DNA of 64,000 nucleotides from Entomortierella parvispora E1425 (Eukaryota; Fungi; Mortierellomycota). Numbering within the stretch: the stretch's first letter is position 1; every line of letters starts with the position of its first letter. Under the pieces are notes generated by a model. That model was not told the DNA's origin. It did no database searches and saw nothing but the letters and a program-made list of their open reading frames with translations. The stretch covers positions 1,798,001 to 1,862,000 of the forward strand of contig BQFW01000002.1 in assembly GCA_020891255.1 (NCBI GenBank). The letters are read 5' to 3'. This document shows positions 47,741 through 61,228 of this stretch, piece after piece. The position numbers were made by a program, and so were the translations under genes.

Positions 47741-50463
47741 ATGAACAGAACACAGTCAGCTCTGCATGCTTTACCAAGCGATTTGATCAATAAGCTTTGT
47801 CGGACAAAAGTCACTCGACTGTCGGTATGTTCGATCTCCACCTTTGCTCGTCTTGTTAGCACAACTGTTAAATCGAAAAAGAATGCAGCTCTCATACCAT
47901 CTACCTACCTGTCCTTCTTCTCCCCGACCGCTCTCTCCTTCTAGCTAAAGCAGATGTACACGCTTGGAAGGTAACAATGACAATAGGAAAAAAGAAAAAG
48001 AAAACCACTCGGCTGGTATTTACCGTTCTCATGTCTTCCATGTGCCTTGAGGGGACGCACGACAGAGTCATTTTCGTCAGAGAGTTAGCACGGATTTAAA
48101 AATGCCTTCTTCCTGGTGCCTGTCTCTCCTATCTATTGCCAGCAAAACCCGCATTGCACTAGATGGGGAGAGGGCATTTAGCGCTGCATGGCCCTGACTC
48201 GTTGAGACACACCCAACACACCATGCACCCGGGCGAACAGATAGCCAGAGAAGTGGGCCCAGAGTGGGAACATTAGCGTTTGAGAGTGACTGACCCGGTT
48301 CGTTATTTCCCTCATATATATTTGCATATGACAGACATGTCTTGGAGTCCAAGAACCAGGGCGCTCTGGTTATTCCCGCAGTCTTTCTGCATCAGGAGCT
48401 GCCCATCCGCCTGTCCCATGCACTGTCGATGCTAAACTCGAACATGCTGCCCGTCAACATGGCAGATATGCCCAACTTTCAACATATTGCAAGGTCTTAC
48501 CTAGAGGACATAAGGTAAATCATGCCACTGAGTTTGCTTTGCCGTCTGTCTCCAGCGTGAGAACAATGGCAAAGGGGATCCACTTGTTATTTGTGCGCTG
48601 GCTAGTTGTGAGGTGATTTGGGCAAAGGGAGTAAGAATGGTGCAGCACGGCCCGGGTCTTGATCGGAAGGATGACACATTGCTGTCATACTACTGACAGC
48701 CCAAATGCCTCCATTGTGGAGAAATACGGAAGAGAGCACCAACTTTTTACAGTCCTCCACACCCCAACTACTCTTCCACCAACACACCCCCGTACAGCAC
48801 ACTCAGGGAAACGACCGAAACACATGTTACCACCTTCCCACACCCCTTGTACCCTCCGGTTCAAAAACAGCAGCAGCAACAGCGACAGTTGGTGCTCCAG
48901 ACAATACAAGGACGGCAAGGAGACAGGAAGGACCCTGGAGCAGAAAAGGAGGCAACATTAAGGTTCTTTCCACAGGCTTTCTCAGCGACCGAGCACAAGA
49001 CAGACAGGTGGCATCACCTAGGCTCTCGTAGACCGCTTTCCGTGAACACAAAAAACCAGCTAGACATTTACCAATTACTGCCAATTCTACGTGCTAACAG
49101 ACCTGTTTCTTTGATTGCAATAGTATGGTCACTCAGATGCCAAAACCATCAACGCCAAAACTGGAAGAAGAGTTTACATCCCTACTGAGGACACTGGAGC
49201 AGCGACATAAGATCAAAATTATGGCCATTAGTCGTGGCTTCAGAGAGCTTATGGATAATGTACAAAAGCAATGTATCGAGCAGGACTCTAGTTCCAATTC
49301 GCTCTTTTATCACAATGGGAAGGGATGGACCATTAACCCTGAAGCAGACAAGGCCATCCAGACATTTTTCAATCGGTTCTACACCATCAATCTTGGAACA
49401 AGACTCTTGATCGGTGAGTTTTGTCACGGCCGTTCCTTTTGAGTGGTTAGATCCTATTATGGCAGTTGACTAATCTAACAAACCCATGCATGTTCTAGGC
49501 GAGCATTTATCTCTGCATTGCCACAACAACAACCTAGTGCAGCGAGTGCACCCGCTTTCAATATCCAAGCGAGCCATCAGAGACGCTCAAAAGGTCGTGG
49601 CTGCTCATTATGGACAGCCCGCACCCTCTGTTTTGATTCACACCCCCAATCCAGATATATCTACGACGTATGTAGACGAGTTCCTGCACCGGAATATTTA
49701 CGAGCTTCTCAAGAATGCCATGAGAGCAACCTGCGAGACACACCTGAAAGTAAACCCGTCCATTTCACTTGGACTCTCTTCATCATCCACGGCCAGTAAA
49801 TCAAAACTGCCACCCATCAAGCTGGTCTTGGTCGATGGTGGCGAGGACGTGACGATCAAGATTTCGGACGAAGGTGGCGGAATGGCCTTGAGTGAAATGG
49901 ACAAGATTTGGAGCTATGTTCATTCTGGGGGATCGTCAAGTCTTCGACAGCCGTCGATTACGACACAACGACCTCCAAAGACCACGACGACAACAACACC
50001 TTTCCAGCCCTCTGCTCCCAATACCTCTGCCCTCCTGACATCAAATATTTCACAGACAGAGAAGGCTAGCCAACCTCCCAAAGTCCCGCAGCCCGCAGAT
50101 TCCATGTCCTTCATGGGAGGATTGTCAGGCGAGGCTAAGGATTATTTGGATTTGCCATTGAACGGATCTGGTCATGGCCTTCCTTTGGCTCGCCTGATCG
50201 CGCGTTATTTCGGTGGAGATCTAAACCTGATTAGCATGGAGGGGTACGGCACGGATTCGTACCTGTCTCTGTATCGGGACGATGATCACCTTGAAAACTT
50301 CCCAGAGGTGGATGAGGAAATGGCGGCTGAAGTGGATGTGTTTGTGAGTGAGCTCATGGATGAGCCATCAACGCCGCCACGGGAGGAGGGATCGGCGGGA
50401 ACAAACATTTCAGGAGCTTCCTCAGGCGACCATCTCCGAGCATCCAGTGGACACCTTGTTTGA
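47741..50463 (+). CDS. Mitochondrial PDK/BCKDK-family (GHKL) protein kinase
   Basis: FLHQELPIRL, INLGTRLLIGEH, YELLKNAMRA (N box), ISDEGGG (G1) and GSGHGLPLARLIARYFGGDL...EGYGTD (G2); many introns, some boundaries tentative. Confidence 0.88.
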
Positions 50464-51127
50464 AGGCGCAATATCATACAATAAATGTCCATGATACGAC
50501 ATCCGCACGGCCGTTTGGGGTCCATCTCGCTTTGACAGACTCTAACTGCACTTGAGATACTACGATGGCTTGCCGCTGCTGTGTCATCAAAGAAAACATG
50601 TTGTCCTTGGGCACACTATCGTACACGTTCATGAGTTTCGATTGAATTAAAAAACAAAACTGCAGACCATGAACGCGGCGCTTTCCTGAAAGTACAGCAT
50701 GGGAGTATAGCGCTATAAGAAATCAAGGGTGGCAATGGAACTAGGAAGTTGGCGAAAACGCATTTCAGCAACCCAAATGATCTGGCGGGGGTAAAAGGGG
50801 ACAATCATCTGCAGAAGAGTGACTCTCCGACCCTAGCTTGAGACGAAGACCGGTTCTTCTTGGAATCTGATAGTGGCAAAATAATATGTTGTGATCTTTG
50901 AAAGCCAGTCGAGCGTGCACTGTGAAGATGTTTGACCGAGTTTTTGTGCATCCCACGGTGGGCTTGGCGAAAACAAACAATTCACTGCCACATCGAAACA
51001 GTGTTTTGGAACCTGCTGGACTCTTTTGCCCATCTTAATCCACTCTTCCAGCACTCCCCCCCTCCATCCCACTCAAGAGTATCCAGCTTGGTAACTGGAA
51101 GGTCAAGACAGACTATCCGTCAGCAAC

Positions 51128-51715
51128 ATGGCGTACATTTACCCATTCCTTGACCACGAGTATAACTCTACTGCAACTCTACACTCTTTTTCCAATGCCG
51201 TCTTCAACTATCTGGATTCGCGTTACGAGCCCAGGGGGTCTCAATTGCTAGAGCCAGAAAAGATGAAGGCTCTTCTCCGCTTTATATCGCCTGGACATCT
51301 CGCTCCAGTTTGTGACAGATTCAGCTCGGTGATCAACAATGAATGCTTCTTGGCCTACCGGGTCGAGACTGTCTACACTGCGTATGGTCCATCAGCGACT
51401 CGAGCAGGGTTGCTGGCGTATCTCCATGCCGAGATCATGAGTGACCCGGATGATGCCTTTGTGGGCTTTAATAAAGCTACTCTGCAGATGGGTCTAGGAT
51501 ATCCGATGGTCCGAGCCCAGTTTCCAACGGTGGCAGAGCCAAAAACGAAGCAGCTGTCATCCTATATCCAAGCCCAAGTTTCACTGTCTATCAAGGGCAT
51601 TAGCGCTCAAGAGGAACAGTTGGAGGCTTTGAGAGCACGGGCCGCCATCATTGCCCGAGGCGAACAGGCGTGCCTTGACATCACCAGGTCAGATGTAATT
51701 TACAGATATAGGTAG
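51128..51715 (+). CDS. Intronless hypothetical protein, 195 aa (weak resemblance to an EF-hand-like fungal family)
   Basis: Clean ATG-to-stop ORF with globular composition; NAVFNYLDSRYEPRGSQLLEPEK and SATRAGLLAYLHAEIMSDPDD motifs. Confidence 0.7.
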   Translation: MAYIYPFLDHEYNSTATLHSFSNAVFNYLDSRYEPRGSQLLEPEKMKALLRFISPGHLAPVCDRFSSVINNECFLAYRVETVYTAYGPSATRAGLLAYLHAEIMSDPDDAFVGFNKATLQMGLGYPMVRAQFPTVAEPKTKQLSSYIQAQVSLSIKGISAQEEQLEALRARAAIIARGEQACLDITRSDVIYRYR

Positions 51716-52106
51716 GAATTCACTTCCTCTACTAAAAGATGTGGTCTATCATGACAAGGCATACCTTTCTGCTTGTGATGGGTTGTGCGTTTAACGACAT
51801 GGTCACTCGGTGTATGTGCAGGTGAACATTGGGCTGGCCCTGTGTGCGGCCATGTGATTTTTGATTTTATGAAGTTGAGGCGAAAAGTCAATTTCCATCT
51901 CTGGAGGTCAGGTCTCCGCACATCACCTTCCTCTGTTCCTTCTGTTCTTCACCTGCATTCCCTTCGCCTGCCTCCACTGCTGAGGACATCTGGAGCGACT
52001 GCTGCCAGGAAACGAATCTAGGATCCATCCCTCTGCATCCCTCTGCATATACGCACCATCCCCGCCTGCCATCTGGTTCTCGGGACAACTCCATTGAAAA
52101 GAGACC

Positions 52107-55100
52107 ATGACGCGGATTATACCCCCAGCCAACGGAAGAACAGAGCTGCAGGAATGGCAACAAGCGCGTCATAGAGATCCTTACGATCCTTACGACCTGT
52201 CAGACTCGGACCTCAGCCAGGACGATAGCTACTATGTGCCCTCGACCCCATTCGCACAAAAACTCACCATTCTGGACCCAGCGTTATACCAGGGCTCTGG
52301 GTAAAGAAAAAAAAAAGAGGCGACAATCAGGGAGACTTTTGAATGGAAAAAAAGACAACGAGAGGACTCACCGACCTCTTCTCTCTCTTTTTGCTCCCCT
52401 CTCCTTCAACAGCGAGGACTTTTGTAACGTTGACAATTTTGACCAGACGAGCGCATTCGTGAACCATCAATTGGGGATCCATGGGTTCATGGCCAACTTG
52501 CAGTTCTTGAAAGGCGACAAACAGAACGCGTCCAGGGTTGTGTCGGCCCTGTACAAGGTGCTACAGCAACATCAAAAGGATATCCAGTACAAGGAGGAGA
52601 TGGACCTGAACTGGAGACGGTTGTCGAGCGACTATGATACAGCCGTTCAAAATCTGGTGTGTTTTTCATTGGTGTTTGTGTTTATCGCATGCAATGAGGA
52701 CAAGGCTGCAAACAAATTTTGCTAACGGGAAATTAACTTGAACATGTTAGAACAATACCAGGGCTCAACTGGAAAAATCAGAACGGGAAACTGACCTTCT
52801 CAGTGGCAGGATAGGGTAAGAACGTTTTCCCTCCCCCCCATTTGCGTCGTTTATGAAAAGATATGGAGCGGTAAAGGTACTCTATCGTTATTAATACCAC
52901 TGTATTGTATATATTTGCCCTTGCATGTGAGTAGAGCCATGGAGGACGAACTTCGCGTGGAAGCTGAAAAACATCGACATACTCGCGACGAACTGAAATC
53001 AGCAAAGGCGAATCTGCAGTATACAAAGACACAGTTTGCTGTGAGTGCTTTCTTCGATATGACTGGATGGTTTTGTTATAGCAGGGTGTGTACTTGGGGT
53101 TTCTGACCTACTCTCTTTTATTCTTTGCACCCCAATAACGCGACAAAATAACGGATTAGCATGAATCACGAAAGAAGGAACAGGAGATGCATGTTCTCAA
53201 GGAAAAGGTTCAAAAATCCATCAACAGGACCACCAACAGTTCGGTTTCCACCTCAATACCAGGAGGAATTACTGTCCTCAACCCAGTACCACGGTCACTT
53301 TATGGACGGCATAATACCAATGAAGCCGAGCTGTTGCTTCAAGAGGTGATTGAGCAGCAACAGAGCAAGGAGAATGAGATTGTGGAAGAGAATGAGCAGC
53401 TTCGGAGGACGCTCTACACTGTGCACATGGAGCTAGAGGGACTACTACGCAGGCATGCTAATACCAAGAATGTCCCTAATGTATGTATTCGGACATAGTA
53501 AGGGGTTAAGCAATATTGTATCATCATTCTTACACCGTTCTTTTTACAACACCCTTTTCTACAGAATGCATATGGTCTGCCGTACGAAATGGTCAAGGAC
53601 AAGATAGAGACAGAGATTCGGGATACATTGACACTACTCAGCGATCAATGGGCCCATCGACCCTCTCAAGATCCAGTGATTTCCCCCAATGACATTGTTA
53701 TTCGGGATCAAATGATTGCCGACCTGCAGAAACAAATTGAAAAGTTGCGACTGGAACTCGAGGATTCGACCCTGCTGGTTCAGGGTGCCCAAAAGATGAT
53801 TGATAACATGACTGGTGGCAACTTTATGGCAGGACTGCAGGATTTCAAGTTGAACTTGGAGGGGTAGGGAACTGTGGTGTTTGGAAAGAAAAATCTTCTG
53901 CATCGCCTTGCGATTTGACTAATATTTTACCAACTCTCTTATCAGATCTGATATGACATTACAAGAAATTGAGGATGCGGAGGCAAAGATTATTCAGCAA
54001 CGCGAACAGCTCGCCAAGGAGAGAAAAAAGTTTACAGAGGCATGCCTGGACCTTGGCAGGCAGCGGGAGGAACTGCAGCGTGCCAAGGTTGAATTCGAGG
54101 AGGGCAAGAGGTCTTTTACCCTAGACAAGGTTATGTCATTCCTTTCCAGTTCACCAGCACCAAACGTGCCAGCGTAAGTCTTGAGGATTATTTATGAAGC
54201 TCCAAAAAAAAAAGGTCTCCAGGTTTGCTCACGGCTGCTTTTTCCTTCTCTGATAGAGCTGAAAAGCGAACCTTTGAAAAGTCACCGCCACTTTCCCCGA
54301 CAAACAGACCAGAAACAACAACGTGGTCTAGGAAACGTGTTGCTACTTCGCCTTTACCTCCAGTCTTTGGACAACCTGAGGGACGTGCAGTTCGGCCAAA
54401 GACTCAACTCAGGACCACAATGCTGGAAGTGCCCGACAACGACAGTTCTCAGTTTGTTCCGTCATTATCTACGACACAGGCTAAGACCAGTAGCGTTGTC
54501 AACAGGCATCAGCCTTCTGAGGGCCAGGACCAAGACCGTAGCTACACCGACCGTCTGCACCAGGATGAACAGGAGGACGAGGAAGACGAGCCTTTATTGA
54601 GAACACCAACAAGGGCAAGAACGACACACTTTCCTATCACAATGGATTTGAATCGGGTATCGCAGATGAACAAGGAGGCAAACGAACGTGCCAATGCAGT
54701 CGCAAAGTCGCCATTTGCAAAGCGTACCAACATATTCTCTACAGCGACGGAAAGAGGAGCGGCATCCGTACCTTCAATATCGGTGGCAAGGGCACCTACA
54801 CCCACTTCTTTTGCCTCTCCAGGACGAGCATCACGCCTGGAAGGACTTCTCGGCTCTTCAGCAACGACTACTACCACTGCTGCTGCGGGTACTTCTGCGT
54901 CAACAGCCCCTCCACGGCCAACGACTCCGTCATCTTTCACCTCCAATTTCGTTTGGGATACCAAAGATCAGTCTTTTAGCAAAAACAAAGGTCCATCCTC
55001 GACCAACGATTTTGCCGTTCCAGCAACGAAATCATCCTTCTTGTCTTTCCACTCTGACAAAGCTCAGGCATCAACTCGAGACAGTGGAGCCTCCAGGAAC

Positions 55101-55802
55101 AACTTTGCAGCAGAGATGTCGGATACCTCGGAGAGAGAGGATGCGCCTTCGCTGATCCAAGCTTCTAAAATGCCCTCAGCCCTTTCGCGCGCGGCTGCTC
55201 ATTTGGTTTCACGGAAATCAGCGGCAGCCTCTCGCCCTCCTTCTAGGGCCTCTGAGTCTACATCTTTCTCTTTTGAGAGCCGCGCTGTTGGTGGTAACAG
55301 TGCTGGTAACAGATCAAGCCCTTATACCTCGACCTTTACCATCCCAGAACCAATTGTCAGGAGCACAACGCCGTCACAGTCCCCTCCGCCTCAGGTAGCG
55401 CAACAGCCACAACCACCACAGCAAGAGCAGCAGCGTAGTGCTCCTTCGAGTGCAGATCGTCCTGGACCTGCAGGCACGGGTTCAGCGGCAGCATCCTCCG
55501 CGGCTACCAAAGCTTCCTCTGCTCCCTCGTCCCATTCAACAACAAGACCTGTTTCGAGGACTGGCGTTAGGACTGCAACTGGAACTTCAGGAGCAAGGAC
55601 AGCTACAACCTCGAGACCAAGGGTTGTTGCCACTACAGCAGGTCGCACTAACTCAGCAAGGGTCCAGCCCACACAACAGAAGCGGCAAGCTCCTCCACCA
55701 AAAGGGCCTGCCATTGGAAGGGATCTAGCTCAGAGTCAGCTTCAAGCCCAACAACTCTATGCCGCCAACCGTCAGACCTTCATGACAGCACGCAAGCCAT
55801 AA
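52107..55802 (+). CDS. ADIP/SSX2IP/Msd1-like coiled-coil protein (afadin- and alpha-actinin-binding domain)
   Basis: FVNHQLGIHGF...VVSALYKVLQQHQKD...KSAKANLQYTKTQFA|HESRRKEQEMHVLKEK pattern, followed by coiled coils and a S/T/P-rich tail; about 7 introns. Confidence 0.8.
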
Positions 55803-55921
55803 CAACAAGAGAAAGCAATAATAAAGCATTCCGCAATTTTATACATATTGTTTAACGTTATTAAAACGAAAGGGGGTGTGGGTTTGGAGGGGGGGGTAGG
55901 AAAGAGGGGAGTGGGGAGCAT

Positions 55922-56696
55922 TTAAGCAGTCTCCTCAATGGTGGCCTCCTCGAAGGACTCGACCAAAGCGGGGACCTCATCATCATCATCCTCGGGGGAG
56001 GCACCAGCCTGGGCGGCGGCGGACTCCTGGTAGGACTGAGCAAGGCGACGGAGGGAAGCCAAGGAGTCAGGTCCGAGCTGGTTCAAGATACCGGGGACGA
56101 GCTCAGTCATCTCCTTCTCCTCACCACGGCCGTAGACGGCGTAGGTGTTGGAGGTGACGCTGGAGTGAACTATAGAGTGGCAAGAAATGACAAAAACAGA
56201 GAAGGATGGTCAATCGATGATCTGATAGTCCGCGCGCAAATGGGGTGCTCTGTCGTATCCAAACAGATCATAAGCAGGTCTGCTATAACCATAGGCTCCA
56301 GCCAGTTGAAGTCCAGCGTCCCAGAGCTGAGCACATGTTGTCTTCACAAGAGTCTGATGATTCCGTTCCTCGGTTATATTTTCGCAGGTATCCATGGATC
56401 TTAATGTTGAACGATCTCTCCGGACAAAACAAGACTGAAAAAAAAAATGAAAAAAAAAAAAAGAAAGAACCCTTACCCTTGGGGGCACGGAAGTGAAGGA
56501 TGGTACCCTCCTCCTTGAACATGTTGACCTCCTCGACGTAGGGCATGTTGGTCAAGGCCAACTTCTCAAGAGCACCCTGGAGCTTGCGGTCATCCTGGGC
56601 AACGGCGCGGTGGACCTTCTTGATCACACGGCGGGGGGTTCCCTTAGAGCCGGTACGGCCCTGAGCCTGGAGCTTAGCGAGTTTCTCGGGGTTCAT
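55922..56696 (-). CDS. EGD1: Nascent polypeptide-associated complex beta subunit (BTF3/Egd1)
   Basis: [53 protein letters not shown]|[27 protein letters not shown]; intron 56476-56170. Confidence 0.97.
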
Positions 56697-57335
56697 GGTT
56701 GAAGTTGTTGACTGTTCACGAGGCGAGAGCAAAAACAAAAAAAGGAGGGATCCAGAAATTAGTCTTTGAGGATAACGGGTACGAAGAGGAAACCCTGATA
56801 GAAAGTGGCAGGGTAGATGTATGCTATGCAACAGGTCCATTCATTTCATCCATCCATCCGTGAGCTGTGCTGTTTTCAAAAAGATGAGACGATCGGTTCA
56901 TTGTTGTTGCTGCTGCTGTCTTTCTGTTGCAATGAGTGCTGCCATTGATGTTGTTTGTTGCTGTTGTTGTATAGACAATGATTCCTCCTGTGTCCTGTGC
57001 AACAGGATCAGATCTGCCCTGAAAAATCGAGTCAACAGGGGATCCAAGCAGGGTTCATTCCAGCAGATCAGCGCATTCAAGCAGATTCGACAATGCACAA
57101 AGAAAGACAGAGAGAAGGGAGACAGAGAGCGACAACGGCCCCCTAGTCCAGTGATCATGAAGGGGATCGGATCTTACAGAGTGAGTGAGGTGAAGGATGC
57201 AAATCGCAGTGCACTGCCAGCCGACGCTCAAATAATATTTTTTTTTTTGCTGTTCTTTTTTTTTGCCACTGCCCATATCGAAAAATTCGGATGGCTTGAC
57301 GACCATCACTGTATTATTTTTGATCGCACGGGTAA

Positions 57336-59108
57336 TCATTTATTGGTTGCACGCGTCTTTTCATCGTCTTTCTTGCTCTTTCGCGGCACCTTCTTGACTT
57401 TTGCCTTCTTCTCTACAGGCTCTGCAGTGGACCAGTCCAGAGCTTCCTGGATTGCACGGGAACGCCACTCGTACCATGCCACAGCCTGCAGCAGACAGTC
57501 GCTCAGATCGTCCTTCTTTTTCTCTGCTCCGAACCACGCTTTCATCGCCGAGGTGCACCATACGCGAAATCGCGACGGTTCTGAGGGTATTGTTGTTGAG
57601 AGATCTGCACTTTCACTGTCCAACCACTCATTGACCAACGCTACCGATTGCTTTTTTTTCGTTTGGTAACTTATGGAGGGTAAAGTGCGCTTCTTCAACA
57701 GGTCTTGCTCTCCCGCGGTTTTGGTTAAAGACGATGCTCTGATGGCACCCACTTGGCCGATGCCCCACCATTGGGCCACTGATTTAGGAGGAACGACCTC
57801 AATAAATACATCATCTTTGTGATCCATCTGTATATTCCCCTGATGTCCATTCAAGTTTTCTAGTGGTCGCAAGGTTCGTTGTCTGTTGCGGTTATTCCAG
57901 GCCGTGACCCAGCAATGGATCATTCCCTCGATTACAGCGCATCGAATGGTCGAATCCAAGATCTCAGGCAAACCTCCCGAACGGTACCTCTGGCGTTCAA
58001 TCACGATTTTCTGAGGGGCCCGGGAAGATGTCGACTCTGGAAGAATATCATTCAGGGCTTTATCCAGGCGGACTGCAACCAAATGCGGGTCATAAGGAGC
58101 AGCTTCGACTAAGGGTGCCGTGGTCTTCTTGCGTAGACGTGATTTTTTGACAACTGTCCCCTTCATCTCTGCCGCCATGAGCGTCATCCTTGACTGTGAA
58201 TCCTTGGCCTCGACAGATTCCTTTGCAGCAGCAGTGGAGGGTAGTTCTTCAAGGGGTTCTGTACCATTGTTGCACTCATCTGGTGCAAGCAGGTCGACGA
58301 CAGACCACCGAAGAATCTCGCCTTCTTTGGATAGCTCCACCCAAGCTAGGTTACGAATGCCAATGTCGATCGAGATGATCGATTCGGGTAGGATATGGTC
58401 TTGAATAGCCCGTCGTTGTTGAGGATTATAGTGTAATAAAGAAGGCAGAGATTCTTTGGATTCACCTGCCAAAGGAGATGGCGACGTAGGGGGTGTAATG
58501 ATTGTTTCTGCCGAGGAGGATGTTGAAGAGGAACAGGGTAGAGCCAATTCGCCGGTTTGGTGTATTGAGTCGACCTGACCCATGATTGAGCTGAAGCAGG
58601 CAGAGAGTCTGGAGGTGAGGACGGTTTTCGTTCCGGATTGGGGAAGGCCTGTACTCTCCAGCAGGCTCGAAAGGTCCTTGTTAGTCAATCTTCAGGGGAA
58701 GGAAAGGAGGGTTTGGTGTAGAAGAGGACGCAAAAAAAAAAAAAAAAAAAAAGATGAGTTTGAGATCCGATCCGCGTGGCACAGGGTACAAAACAAAACC
58801 AGAAACAGGGTTCTTTACCTGCTCAGGTTGTGGTCAAAGAGAGCACGATAGACACGAGACGCGTCCTTGTGCGCAAACGTGGCAGTGGCGGTGGCTGTGC
58901 GACCATGAGTGGGGTCAGAGAGGGACGGTGCATTACTAGAAGTCAGATTCAGGGACGGGCGGGGATGCGTGCGGGTGATGCGACTGGGACATGAGCTATG
59001 GAAGAACGCAGATCGAGCAATGACAGGAGGGCGGAGAGGGGAGGGTGTGCATGTGAATGTGTATGCAAAGAGGATCCATCGCTGTGGACATGATCGCCTT
59101 GAATGCAT
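57336..59108 (-). CDS. Mitochondrial Holliday-junction resolvase Ydc2/Cce1 with SAP motif
   Basis: SAP-like LTNKDLSSLLESTGLPQSGTKTVL; IISIDIGIRNLAW, IVIERQRYRS and KKDDLSDCLLQA. The start at 59108 (R/S-rich presequence) is inferred. Confidence 0.88.
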
Positions 59109-59295
59109 CAAAAAGAGACAGGTGGTGATGTGCGTGAACGGAGAGAGGGAGGCAAGAAAGACAAAGCGAGGGAAAGGGGACCCTTTTCTTCTCCACACAC
59201 TGTCACATCCTGTCCCTGCTCGCCTTAAATGACAGGTCTATTTCGTTCTCAATTGCTAATGGACTCTTGGCTTCCTCTGAACTCATACATGTGCT

Positions 59296-61228
59296 CTACG
59301 GTGTCGCTTCCGTCTCTGGTCGTTGGATGGCCCCGATTCGATGATACACCGTCCTTGCCCTCGTATACGGCTCTGCCGCCCACCAGACCTCAGCCATCTT
59401 CATTCCCACTTCGTTGCGTTCCTGGATCACTGCCGCACAGGACGAGAGCTGTTTCTGTCCTTGCCAAATCTCGGTCAATCGCTCAAAGGTCAACTCCATC
59501 TCCTTTCTCTTGTGAATGGCCCTCGTCTTTGCCTCAGATTCCTCATGCATCTTTGCATTCTCATCTGGTGCGGCTTCCTGATACTGGTAGGGAACTTGAT
59601 CGTCTCCCTCATAGGCCTTGGTGCTCATCAATTGGTCTGGACTCACAAACTCCTCCAGATCCTTGCGATTATTGGTAAACTTGATTTTCGCTCGAATCAC
59701 AGGGTCCAGCATAGGCGAGATCATCTTCCAGAGTGCTCCAAAGATCCAAGGTGCCTTATGAACCACACAGACTCCAAGTAGTTCCGGGTAACAAGCCTCT
59801 GCAGCGTGAATAAAGAATTTGATCGTGGGCCAGTCCTATTGGGAACAAAGACAAAAACAGAAAGAGCATTTGTTCATTGTTAAGAGCTGGAAGAGTTGCA
59901 GCACTAGAGTTGTTGCAACAAGCTCCACCCCCTCGTTTACCATATTGGACATGGAGAATGAACTCATGTCAAAAACAATAGAAATGGTCTCGATGGGCGG
60001 GCGGAGCATCATCCTTGCGGTCTCAATCACGTAAATGGACAATTTCTGAACGGCCTGCTGACTCTGAGCATTTGGATTGTGCAGGCTTGGATCCAGCAGA
60101 CTAGTCAGACCACATACGAAAAAAAGAGCTGGTTAATCCTTGTTATTTTTGGAGTACGTTTTTTTTTGGGTTGCCTCCCTGTCTTTTTTGGTTGGACTTA
60201 CCACAAGGGTCGCCCCTCGCGATCGTGTCCGCGAAAGATCACTTTTCCATTCTTGAGCTGGTCCAAGAACCCGGGGTACCTCTGTTCCAACACCTCCTCG
60301 CCCTCCGTCACCACTTCGTCCACGCCCATGGTAATGCGCCATTCGAGCGCCAGGATCAGCATCTCCATGGCCTTCTCCACGCTCCATTTTCGTGCCCTCA
60401 GAAACCTTAGCACGGTCGTGTCCGGATGTTCTGATTGAACAAACGCCCAAAAGGCATTTTGATACTCAGACGGGGAATACTTGAACGTGAACTTCTTGGC
60501 CGGTAACCACGGTTTTAATTTGGCTGCAGATCGTCTCAAGGCTGCAGCTGCTGCAGCAGCACCTCCGGGTAAAGAGGACATCAAGGCATGCCCACCACTG
60601 CCACTAGCGCCACCTCCATTAGAGTTCATTGATGTACTGGCGATAGAGTAGTTGATGATGGGAGACGTCGCGCCTGAAGGCGAGGAGGCAACGGAGGGTT
60701 GATGGAAGGATTGACTGAGGCGAGTGGGCGAAGCAGGCTGAGGACTGCCTGTTCTCTCGGTTGAGCTGTGGTGATGACCAGAATTTCCAGGACTCGTGGG
60801 TGCCATGATTGGGATAGGTGTCGAATGGGAGGAGGATGATCCTTGCTGACGGTGGTGGTGATGGTGATGGTGGTGTTCCGAACCTGGTTCAGACGTCGTT
60901 GGTATACCATGGCTGCTCGATCGACGAGGGTGGCTCGACAATGGCTTGGACGAAGACGAGGAAGGTTCCGAGTACCAGAGATGGAGCAAAAAGGACCATA
61001 TTTCACCCCTGTTGTGATCAATGCAGAGAAGGATTGAAAGGAAAGAAAAAAAAAAGAGGAGCGCGCACAGCTTGTTTTATTAATAATCAAGGCAATGAAA
61101 ACGGTGTGATACAAGCAAAAGTGCTTGGACCATGCTCAAGTATAACGCAAGACTTACAGCGCGTCCCACTGGTCTGGAGTCAGGTTCCCAACATGTCCCG
61201 CCGTCGTCTCTGTGGAGGAGTGCTTCAT
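59296..61228 (-). CDS. CRAL-TRIO (Sec14 family, Csr1-like) lipid-transfer protein
   Basis: GHVGNLTPDQWDAL|GEIW, EHPDTTVLRFLRARKWSVEKA, GHDREGRP, ETISIVFDMSSFSMSN and LVHKAPWIFGALWKMISPMLDPVIRAKIKF. Confidence 0.92.

Noticed and set aside
50706-50717. Perfect 12-bp palindrome TATAGCGCTATA
   Set aside because: It is isolated, with no repeat or context; a 6-bp-arm palindrome is expected several times per window.
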